Positions 57,401-64,000 of a stretch of 64,000 bases of DNA are shown here, in pieces; within the stretch, counting starts at the first letter, position 1, and each line of letters opens with the position of its first letter. Both the position numbers and the translations under genes were made by a program. This stretch comes from a virus. The DNA lies in the IMG/VR virus record IMGVR_UViG_3300028423_000904, positions 1-64,000 of that record. One strand, given 5' to 3'. The notes beneath the pieces are model-generated. The model saw nothing but the letters and a program-made list of their open reading frames with translations. It was not told the DNA's origin and did no database searches.

Positions 57401-58488
57401 CGTATGAGGTATCTGTTATTATTATCTACCCCGTTATTCCAGCCAGTCAGGTAGTTTGTTGTGTCTCCACCTATGCCTGAAACATTGAGTTTACCATTAA
57501 ACGCAAAGCTGTATGCACTTGCTGAATATGTCATATCAGAAGCATTGATATAAAATGTTTCTGCCTCCAATGTGTTATATGTGGTTGATGGATTATCAAT
57601 ATAACTTGAGGGCGGGCGACTATGAGGTTCAATTTGAAAGAATCCACAATGTATTCCGGTACCAGCTGTTCCTGTATATGCAACTTCGCCATTTGTATTC
57701 GTTGTGGGTGTTCCTGAATCCACAAACATAAGACCAAATTTTTCACTGACAGTGGTAGAATCTTGATTCATCACAGCCCAAATTCGATACAGACCATTAC
57801 CAAAATCTTCTATTCCCGAACCACCCAAGGATATCCCTGTGGCATTTTCTTGTGTTACAACGCCTTCTTGGAGATCGTATGTAACTAACGCATAGTTGTT
57901 CCCACCTGCGTAAAGCCACCAAGCAACATATCTTTGATCAATATCTTTTACGAAACATGATAATGAATACCAACCAATAGGCCAGTTGTTGTCTCGTATT
58001 ACAACTCCCTTTTCTTCGTTGGTTGTATCAGTAATCGTCATGCGTGTCATACTGGCGTTACTGTCAGGACCAGTTGCGTCGTTTGCAGTTAGCGTGACGC
58101 TATCACCACGATAGATAGCCCACAATCCATCAGCAACACCAGCCACGGGATCATTTGAATATGGAACCTGGTTATTTGAATTTAATTCAAATAGCAAGCC
58201 TTCGTTGACCCATTCAGATCCGTTGTAAATGTAATGTGGGTATCTTGCTTCATTGGCAATTGCCGTTTGCATAATACCGTTTGCATCGAAATATGTGGCT
58301 GTGCTGTTTCTTGTAAAAACACACATGCTGGAAAAATCAGTATCTACGCCGTTTTCACGAAAATAATCGTTTTCAAAATCACAGACAGTGTCTGGTTCAA
58401 TACTATTTGCGGTGTAATCAACAACTACACCTCCATTTGTATTGCGTAGCGATACAGAATTGAGAATTCCAATTGCGGTTCCAAGCAT
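54460..58488 (-). CDS. Large multi-LamG fibre / head-spike-like adhesin
   Basis: FTRNSTATYFDANG...GLLFE head-spike-fibre-like motif; several LamG domains; ITNGTFDTDTSGW CBM-like domain. Confidence 0.75.
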   Translation of the reverse strand: MLGTAIGILNSVSLRNTNGGVVVDYTANSIEPDTVCDFENDYFRENGVDTDFSSMCVFTRNSTATYFDANGIMQTAIANEARYPHYIYNGSEWVNEGLLFELNSNNQVPYSNDPVAGVADGLWAIYRGDSVTLTANDATGPDSNASMTRMTITDTTNEEKGVVIRDNNWPIGWYSLSCFVKDIDQRYVAWWLYAGGNNYALVTYDLQEGVVTQENATGISLGGSGIEDFGNGLYRIWAVMNQDSTTVSEKFGLMFVDSGTPTTNTNGEVAYTGTAGTGIHCGFFQIEPHSRPPSSYIDNPSTTYNTLEAETFYINASDMTYSASAYSFAFNGKLNVSGIGGDTTNYLTGWNNGVDNNNRYLIRWSENTGTHFGGDLPWETQLVAGGTVYTHTPAARPQSGYFTDFNVAWRNTTSELNTSINGSTETAISSGLPSISNSEFPLGSTSGQANGDFNGTMRVIRQWAGDISDGGIVEASSIGINDYTIYMNMQNIDNVLVINESDNEYQPERVGYVSKIEFPETFTNGIWFDGVDDYVRVPVNLGTTLIPVDTAWSVTFEYYPRHTVDASNRTILGAQYNQTGALWDAIRFDFDPSSGAPRFLIAREGQAQELIVPIDGSGNTVHWGGDPGRYTITCDALNNINFYYGNELLGTGSFDSANHPTTRLLDQFEIGATAYGGGGGSTDGVSYGSQIITHLAIYNGTEFTAQEVADLSSGSGVPYTPALEMNFDDNTGSTVTDVSGNNRNGTISGALWMASDIIPDSPIPTSIDSQGALHFNGASDTAESHIQISNTTGLLESGDVSVSLWFWLDPAGLNRRQFLWSTQSGVGTGRGLRIESDNTLQGVANGSSQLLLDTTDYPIGGSKWYHCVFVRERGGTGRLYLDGQEIDSNTLMDDRPSGADLTIGDNTPESTFDRKFQGWIDDFRVYEYALSPADVKDLYNLGTSITIYNLLSTNDVMRWYDPSDTSTMFTGSQGARTQVSANDDPVHIILDKGQQHDWSGELITNGTFDTDTSGWIPGDAASNLSQENGRLRITNGDATAGYAILDNFTPTIGVPYLIKFDIVAASTGTNFRFLFGGTDTSGTLSIGTYIYIITPTTTGNFILSNGNMSTNGAWVEWDNVSLEEIPGIHMQSGPAGTDKPLLKISDGKYWLETGGGADMSNITGDNSSFNFLHDGTGSEFAAAIRPSGSTNPNNLSTIFSTGDWATAEIGSSFGIEDRSGTSNNAWRWFVSSGSSGNPTFNVYTSDTISDTTSNYVIQGYYQEGFNPEYHLNSNQFNIYSGDSTFTPSASNATGAMTFFDRPSKSFGMSPGGRIYNLIFIDRVLRTSEREWVYNYISRKLPD

Positions 58489-58874
58489 TAAGCGATTGCT
58501 CCGATTTCACCAGAAATAATCCATGAGTCAGTTCCGGTTTTGATCAAGCTTGCTGCTTTATATTGTCCAGAAATATCTCCACCTCCGGCACTGACACCGT
58601 TTACAGTAACACCAGTATCTCCTGTAACAGAAGTTGTGCCGGCACCGATTTGATATATCACAACTACACTTCCAACATCAAATGCCACTGCGCTATTTGC
58701 TGGTATTGTAACAGTATTTGCACTTGCATTGTTCATCGTTACAACCTGACCGCGATCAGAAAGTGCCAGTGTATAAGTGGTTCCGGTTTGAGCATTCAAA
58801 CTAGCTGTTTCAATAACACTTTCGTCGATTTCAGCACTGTTGAGAAATGTATTTTCTGTTGACGATACTGGCAT
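58488..58874 (-). CDS. Fibre adaptor protein (QTGTTYTL domain)
   Basis: LNAQTGTTYTLALSD...MNNASANTVTIPANS; TAATG-coupled to the 1342-aa adhesin. Confidence 0.65.
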   Translation of the reverse strand: MPVSSTENTFLNSAEIDESVIETASLNAQTGTTYTLALSDRGQVVTMNNASANTVTIPANSAVAFDVGSVVVIYQIGAGTTSVTGDTGVTVNGVSAGGGDISGQYKAASLIKTGTDSWIISGEIGAIA

Positions 58875-58883
58875 TGTAATTCC

Positions 58884-59234
58884 TTATTTGAGGAGGTCGT
58901 CGAGAGTGATCTTGACAAGCTCTTCTGGTGTTTTTGCATTGTCGATTGCAGCATGTTTAGTAGCATCACGCAATTTTTGTTTCTTTTCAACAATTGGCTT
59001 GGTATCCTGTCCTTGCTCCATTGCTTTGAAGTAATCAACATCTAGCTGCTTTAATTCAGGCTCACGTGCCTGACGTATTTCATTTCTCTTGATTTCTTTT
59101 GCTTTATCCATATCGACTTCAATCAAATCATCATTAAATTTCCAAGCATTACGAAACGCTCGACCCGATGTTGGAAGTTTCATTGATGAAACTTGACGTG
59201 TCTCTCCATGGATATTAATATAAGTTTCACTCAT
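58884..59234 (-). CDS. Putative tail fibre assembly chaperone
   Basis: FRNAW...DMDKAKEI...IRQAREPELKQLDVDYFKAME...KQKLRDAT. Confidence 0.6.
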   Translation of the reverse strand: MSETYINIHGETRQVSSMKLPTSGRAFRNAWKFNDDLIEVDMDKAKEIKRNEIRQAREPELKQLDVDYFKAMEQGQDTKPIVEKKQKLRDATKHAAIDNAKTPEELVKITLDDLLK

Positions 59235-59836
59235 TGTAATTCTCCTTGATCAACCTGCTGATCTTGTTTGATTTTCCAAGCATTGCGGTAGGTCCTGTCA
59301 GTAGGGATTGCATGCCTAGGAACAATTTTTAAAATTTCTCTATTGCCTTTATAGTCTTTCCACACTCGATCAGGAATATCTTTCATGATTAGATATTCTA
59401 TTGCCTCTTCTTCAGTCATGGCCCGCATAGGAGGTGTGTTGTGAAGTAAATGGCCTCGTGTATGGTGTTTAAAATTAGAATGTGCTTCGTCTTCTTTGAG
59501 TGCCCAGTAGACTTCTACGGGTGGCAGGATACCACCATGTGTAGCCATACCGAGCCAAGTGGGTGACGGGACAGTAACCTTGGCAGGCGCATCCAGATCG
59601 TCCGGATCTTCCCAGATGATCGCATATTGAGACTGAGGAAGATTTTTGCGAAAATTTTTAAAAACAGCTTCACGCTCGTAAAGACGAAAGAATGTGAAGT
59701 CTATGTCATAAACTGTTATTCTAGACCAATCACCGTCTACATCATCCTTGTCAAAACCCGCAGACATACGTAGTCTTTGATCAAAGCTGTATTTCTGCCA
59801 AGGAAGTATGTTGTTATCTTTTCTATAATTTGTCAT
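59231..59836 (-). CDS. Fibre-associated hypothetical protein
   Basis: MTEEEAIEYLIMKDIP...RTYRNAW; coupled to flanking genes. Confidence 0.6.
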   Translation of the reverse strand: MTNYRKDNNILPWQKYSFDQRLRMSAGFDKDDVDGDWSRITVYDIDFTFFRLYEREAVFKNFRKNLPQSQYAIIWEDPDDLDAPAKVTVPSPTWLGMATHGGILPPVEVYWALKEDEAHSNFKHHTRGHLLHNTPPMRAMTEEEAIEYLIMKDIPDRVWKDYKGNREILKIVPRHAIPTDRTYRNAWKIKQDQQVDQGELQ

Positions 59837-60201
59837 GCGAGGACTCCTGCTCGAAAGCTATTTGCTCTATCATCGTCGTTGTTAGTCCCAGACATGTTTG
59901 AAATGCGCCAATCAATATCACCAGTAGTATACGGAGTTTGAGAATCATCGTTGAACATATTTCCACCATTACCGGATACAAGCCCGCAAGTTTCAGGCTC
60001 AGTTTCTAAGAAATTGTTAGTGTGGCTTTCAGTAAAAAGACCTGTGCCGTTGTCAGTTATACTAGTATTATTATATGAATGAATAATTGTTTGTGTGGCG
60101 AGATTAGCATGAAGAGAAGATTTCATTGTTCCATGAATGACAGCAGACGCAGGGACGCTATCGGTGCCATCACTATAATTTTCCACATTTAATGTGCTCA
60201 T
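59833..60201 (-). CDS. Small fibre-tip protein, paralog 3
   Basis: MSTLNV..., SYNNTSITDNGTG, C-terminal GVLA. Confidence 0.6.
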   Translation of the reverse strand: MSTLNVENYSDGTDSVPASAVIHGTMKSSLHANLATQTIIHSYNNTSITDNGTGLFTESHTNNFLETEPETCGLVSGNGGNMFNDDSQTPYTTGDIDWRISNMSGTNNDDDRANSFRAGVLA

Positions 60202-60569
60202 GCGAGTGTGCCCTTATTTGCGAAGTGCGCATAATCAAGATCAATTGCAGCCCCGCCGTTATCATCATTTGCTGCCAACCTGAAGCCGCTTGAGGTGGGA
60301 GCCGTGCCAACACCGTTTGATATTAACGGGTCTGCTCCCACCACGCCTCCACCAAGTAAGATTGCATAGTTTGCATTGGCCATGCTGTTTGTGAACGAAA
60401 AATCATACCTTCCTGTTCCGCCATCAGTCACAGAACTGACGTTGTAGCTATCTCTCAGGCTAATTGTCCCCGTTCCGTTAAGGTTAGCCCAAGCCTTCGC
60501 AATCCCCTCGATCCCGAAGCTGGTGCCACCTGCGCTTGGCGTGAAGTTGTCAACTGCTAATGTGCTCAT
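60198..60569 (-). CDS. Small fibre-tip protein, paralog 2
   Basis: Start reassigned to MSTLAVDN (ATGA overlap); AKAWANLNG...SYNVSSVTDGGTG...GTLA. Confidence 0.65.
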   Translation of the reverse strand: MSTLAVDNFTPSAGGTSFGIEGIAKAWANLNGTGTISLRDSYNVSSVTDGGTGRYDFSFTNSMANANYAILLGGGVVGADPLISNGVGTAPTSSGFRLAANDDNGGAAIDLDYAHFANKGTLA

Positions 60570-60961
60570 GCTAGGTCTCCCCACATAGTTGCCCACATTT
60601 CTTGAGCGTCAAAGTCTGCTCCATTGTCTGTGGCTTGTGTAATCATAGAAATTTCTGAAGTAAGCTTATTTGTCATTGGACCAGAGCTAGTGTCAGATAA
60701 GGGATGGTGGTTAGCTGATATTCCATCACTAAACGGGGCAGTGCTATTCACCGCATAAGTGACCGCGTTAAAATTATTCGTGAAAGACGGAGTAATCTTA
60801 CCTGCGGCATCGTCAGTAAAACTAGAGATATTTAAATCTACGTCAATTGCCACATTAACTTGGTCTATAGTATACCAAGCCTTAGACGCACTCTGCCCCG
60901 TAAGCGTAACAGGCCCCGTGCCCGCTGTATTGCTGATTGTTGTTGCTCTTATTTCACTCAT
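60566..60961 (-). CDS. Small fibre-tip protein, paralog 1
   Basis: MSEIRATTIS...SKAW...LNISSFTDDAAG...GDLA. Confidence 0.65.
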   Translation of the reverse strand: MSEIRATTISNTAGTGPVTLTGQSASKAWYTIDQVNVAIDVDLNISSFTDDAAGKITPSFTNNFNAVTYAVNSTAPFSDGISANHHPLSDTSSGPMTNKLTSEISMITQATDNGADFDAQEMWATMWGDLA

Positions 60962-60970
60962 TTCATCTCT

Positions 60971-62743
60971 TTAAATGATGCGTAGATTACCACCAGATTG
61001 CACTGTAAGTGTTACACCAGTTGCGACTGTTAATGGTCCTGTGCAACTTGCGTTTTCTGTGCTGCCTATGGTTGTATCAGTATTTAGTGTTTGTTCATTA
61101 ACACGGAAAATGTCACCTGCGCCGTTTGTCACGTCACCAGTGGTGCCATTTTCACCTTTGAAAAGTCCTGCTCCACTGCTTACATTACCAAATGCAGTGT
61201 CAATACCTTTAAGATGTGCTGCAAGGTCATCCACATCACTGGCTTCTGAGATACTTGAATCTGGCGTGTAGTTTGCAGGATCCCACGTAATTGGAATCTG
61301 GTCACCATCTATAGAATCTACATTGATTAAGCCGGTTACATTGTAACGATATACTGTGATGTCTACTGCATCAAATGTACCTGATTCCACGAAAAATTGA
61401 ACTGCATCATAAACAGTGGCCGAATCAATTATACCATTAAGAACCCGTGAACGATCACTACCAGTTGCACTTGAAGATTCAAATTTTGTATAATTGGTTT
61501 CTTTTGCACCAACAAATTTCAAATGTCCGTAATGACTGCTCGTTGCGGCAGCACTACCAAAATAAAGTTGTGTGTCTGTATTTGCATATGTATTGTCAGC
61601 GACGTTCATTAATTTGTATACAGAACCAGTTTCCAGTGTCGCACCTCCGTCTGCAGATACTCTTGCAAGAACGTTTTCACTGGCTGTTGATGAAAGACTG
61701 TTGACTACGATTTCACAAACATCATAACCGCTTATATCAATATTTAATTGTGTGTCACCTGTTTCAAGATCAGCAGGTGCATAGGTATCGACTTGGATGC
61801 CGTTTGTAGTGTATACATTTACGGAACGATATTTGTAAACGGTGATATCAACTACATCAAAACTACCAGTGGGGAGGTAAAATTGTAGCGTGTCATATAC
61901 ATCAGAAGTTTCAACTGAACCGTCACGTAACACGCTGGTAGAAGTCGCAGTTCCTGTAGAAGTTTTATATACTGTTACGTCTGATTTCCCGTGTCCTGTG
62001 AGTGTAATTATGCCACTAAGGCTATTAAAGGTATCAACCGAACCAAAAAATACACTGTCTCCATCATTTTGACTTGATGCTGAATCGGTAATAAATTGGT
62101 TACGGTAAACATTACCGCTCTCAACAGTGCTTCCTCCGTCTGTTGAAAGCCTCCATCTTGGTCTTTCAGACGTATCTGAAGAAATATCTGATACTGCAAT
62201 TACTACTGAATCCGAATCAGACAAATCAATATTTAAATTACCACTGACATCAACATCTGACAACGTATATGTTTCAACTGTCATATAGGGTTGTGTTGCA
62301 GGCCCTGAACTACCACCACCTGCTGTTAATAGCGCAGTATCAATACCTTTGAGATGAGCAGCGAGGTCGTCAATATCACTGGCTTCTGCAATGCTTGAAT
62401 CTGGCGTGTAATTTGCAGGATCCCAGGTAATTGGAATAATATCACCGTCCAGCGTATCTTCACTAACTGTGGCATTGCCAATTGCAGTGTCAATACCTTT
62501 AAGATGTGCTGCAAGGTCATCTACATCACTGGCTTCTGCGATACTTGAATCTGGTGTGTAATTTGCAGGATCCCAACTGATTGTAAGAACATCACCGTCA
62601 AGCGTTGTGACGTCAACAGAGCTCAGGTCGGCAATATCTTGAGTTGTGGTTTTTCTACTATTTCCAGTTTGCACAATATAAACATTTTCTGTTCCTGAAA
62701 GTGCACTGGCATCAGTAAGTTCGGTAATTTTCTTATCAGCCAT
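60971..62743 (-). CDS. Repeat-containing fibre protein
   Basis: MADKKITEL anchor; three WDPANYTPDSSIAEASDVDDLAAHLKGID repeats; two ~165-aa domains; C-terminal GPLTVATGVTLTV module. Confidence 0.75.
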   Translation of the reverse strand: MADKKITELTDASALSGTENVYIVQTGNSRKTTTQDIADLSSVDVTTLDGDVLTISWDPANYTPDSSIAEASDVDDLAAHLKGIDTAIGNATVSEDTLDGDIIPITWDPANYTPDSSIAEASDIDDLAAHLKGIDTALLTAGGGSSGPATQPYMTVETYTLSDVDVSGNLNIDLSDSDSVVIAVSDISSDTSERPRWRLSTDGGSTVESGNVYRNQFITDSASSQNDGDSVFFGSVDTFNSLSGIITLTGHGKSDVTVYKTSTGTATSTSVLRDGSVETSDVYDTLQFYLPTGSFDVVDITVYKYRSVNVYTTNGIQVDTYAPADLETGDTQLNIDISGYDVCEIVVNSLSSTASENVLARVSADGGATLETGSVYKLMNVADNTYANTDTQLYFGSAAATSSHYGHLKFVGAKETNYTKFESSSATGSDRSRVLNGIIDSATVYDAVQFFVESGTFDAVDITVYRYNVTGLINVDSIDGDQIPITWDPANYTPDSSISEASDVDDLAAHLKGIDTAFGNVSSGAGLFKGENGTTGDVTNGAGDIFRVNEQTLNTDTTIGSTENASCTGPLTVATGVTLTVQSGGNLRII

Positions 62744-63369
62744 GTTGTGAATTCCTATTTCTAATATTTATATGTGTAATCTGGAAATATTACTTCAACC
62801 CGTATATCACCATTGTTCCGCCTGTTGCGGCATTTCCATTTTCTGAGTATGCTCTGAGATGACTTACTGCGCTGGTTGTTGCTGATAGATAGCCATATTG
62901 ACTTGATCCGCCTGTTGATGTTCCATAGTTTCCCTGATAGAAAACATTCAAACCACCCTGATTCAAATTGAAAATATCAGTGATACCAAATGTTGTGGTT
63001 GTATTTGATGTGGTTATAGGTATACCATCTAGCGCCGTGTTGCTTGAAAATCCATCGTTCCATCTGTGGCTTTCATATGTAGATGTTGAATAAAATGTGG
63101 AGCCATTATCATCTGACAGACGCAATCTCACACCACTAGAGGTTCCAAAGGTCGAATCAATTACTATAACTTTTGCTGAAATGTATCCTGTGAGATCCAC
63201 ATCAATTTCATTTCCTGTGTCAAGGGTTTGTACGGAAAGATCATAACTGCCGATCAATTCAAGTGATGAAGAAAGAGCACTATCAATGCCCTTGAGGTGC
63301 GCGGCAAGATCATCCGCATCATCCGCTTCAGATATGCTTGAGTCTGGTGTATAATTTGTAGGGTTCCAG
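61193..63369. repeat. Four ~93-nt direct repeats (61193-61285, ~62334-62425, 62483-62575, ~63280-63369) encoding the AAHLKGID module
   Basis: Copies at 61193 and 62483 differ at 4 of 93 nt by manual comparison. Confidence 0.85.
62765..62772 (-). promoter_or_regulatory. Late promoter, exact TATAAATA (related minus-strand motifs at 54445, 53971, 52927, 49330)
   Basis: Each sits just upstream of a fibre gene. Confidence 0.8.
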
Positions 63370-64000
63370 GATACAGGAATTTTATCGCCATCGACTCCAT
63401 CAATGTTGATGTTGCCACTTACATTATAACGATACACCGTTATGTCGACGCCATCAAAAGCACCAGTGTCAGCATATATATTTAGAGTATCATATACGTC
63501 AGTAGTCGGGACTACCCCTTCGCGTATATAAACCGAACCTCCTGAATCTTCAGATGCTGCGCATCGATAATAAGTGTGGTTTGGAGAATTGTGTCCGGTA
63601 ATTTTGATATGTCCGATATAGCTGTTTGAAACATCTTGGTTTCCAAAAAAATCGTTTGCTACATTATTAAAATAGATTTCCCCAGTTGCATTGAGTGCCC
63701 ATCTTTTGTGGTTCGTTGAATTAAAAGTTGATCCGCCATCGGTTGAAAATCTAAATTCTGCTTTGTCGGCAAGTGTATTTGATATTTGACTAACAACAAC
63801 TTCAGCAACATCATAACCTCCTAGATCTATGTTTAATTCCGTATTGGAGTTTACAAGATCTGACAAGCCATATGTTGTAACTTGCATCCCATCTGTAGTA
63901 TAAACCACTGAAGAACTGTATTTGTAAACTGTGATATCAACAGCGTCAAAATTTGCAGTTCCGGGCTGAACTTGTAGCGTATTATAAACAGTATTGTTAT
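62790..64000 (-). CDS. Repeat-containing fibre protein, paralog of the 60971 ORF, 5'-partial
   Basis: Frame stays open to the window end (NNTVYNTLQVQPGTANFDAVDITVYKYSSS upstream of the called start); same repeat and domain types. Confidence 0.75.
   Translation of the reverse strand, partial: NNTVYNTLQVQPGTANFDAVDITVYKYSSSVVYTTDGMQVTTYGLSDLVNSNTELNIDLGGYDVAEVVVSQISNTLADKAEFRFSTDGGSTFNSTNHKRWALNATGEIYFNNVANDFFGNQDVSNSYIGHIKITGHNSPNHTYYRCAASEDSGGSVYIREGVVPTTDVYDTLNIYADTGAFDGVDITVYRYNVSGNINIDGVDGDKIPVSWNPTNYTPDSSISEADDADDLAAHLKGIDSALSSSLELIGSYDLSVQTLDTGNEIDVDLTGYISAKVIVIDSTFGTSSGVRLRLSDDNGSTFYSTSTYESHRWNDGFSSNTALDGIPITTSNTTTTFGITDIFNLNQGGLNVFYQGNYGTSTGGSSQYGYLSATTSAVSHLRAYSENGNAATGGTMVIYGLK

Noticed and set aside
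725-62520. Numerous 60-200 aa alternate-frame and antisense ORFs within long genes
   Set aside because: No RBS, promoter or recognisable motifs; expected shadows of codon bias
46339-64000. Diversity-generating retroelement or invertase shufflon driving fibre variation
   Set aside because: No reverse transcriptase or recombinase in the window, repeats are direct and coding, and mismatches are not restricted to adenines
1-64000. Stop-codon reassignment as in some jumbo phages
   Set aside because: Core genes are intact in the standard code and TAA, TGA and TAG all end real genes
1-64000. tRNA genes or CRISPR arrays
   Set aside because: Intergenic gaps are short and none shows a cloverleaf or repeat-spacer pattern by eye; tRNAscan was not run

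Overview
This 64-kb window is part of a T4-related (distant Tevenvirinae-like) jumbo myophage genome read in the standard genetic code. From left to right it carries: a baseplate module (hub, gp5-like spike with a C-terminal M15 peptidase, degenerate lysozyme, gp25, gp6, a 3700-aa structural protein); Nudix, gp15, gp14 and gp13; an early accessory island; dNMP kinase; tail sheath; a three-gene MotA/ExbB-ExbD-like membrane cassette; tail tube; gp4; terminase region with likely prohead-core/internal proteins; gp32-uvsX-uvsY; a truncated Seg-like GIY-YIG gene; a second early island ending in an AAA ATPase; and a ~17.7-kb minus-strand array of modular fibre/receptor-binding genes. Two promoter classes are visible: sigma70-type TTGAC(N)-N17-TATA(T/G)T before early genes and T4-late-type ATAAATA before structural genes. 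Five late genes have their ATG exactly 12 nt after the start of the late motif, suggesting leaderless mRNAs. Promoter style, a DUF3008-like domain and the fibre modules suggest an aquatic alphaproteobacterial host (inference). Best novelty candidates: (1) five divergent small early proteins sharing an ungapped 20-aa C-terminal helix motif, interrupted by an ArfA-like gene absent from the ORF track; (2) the phage-encoded ExbB/ExbD-like membrane motor cassette; (3) a modular fibre system built from shuffled anchor/adaptor domains with candidate docking peptides; (4) probable capsid-packaged GNAT and ParB-like enzymes. All family assignments come from motif recognition by eye; no searches were run.
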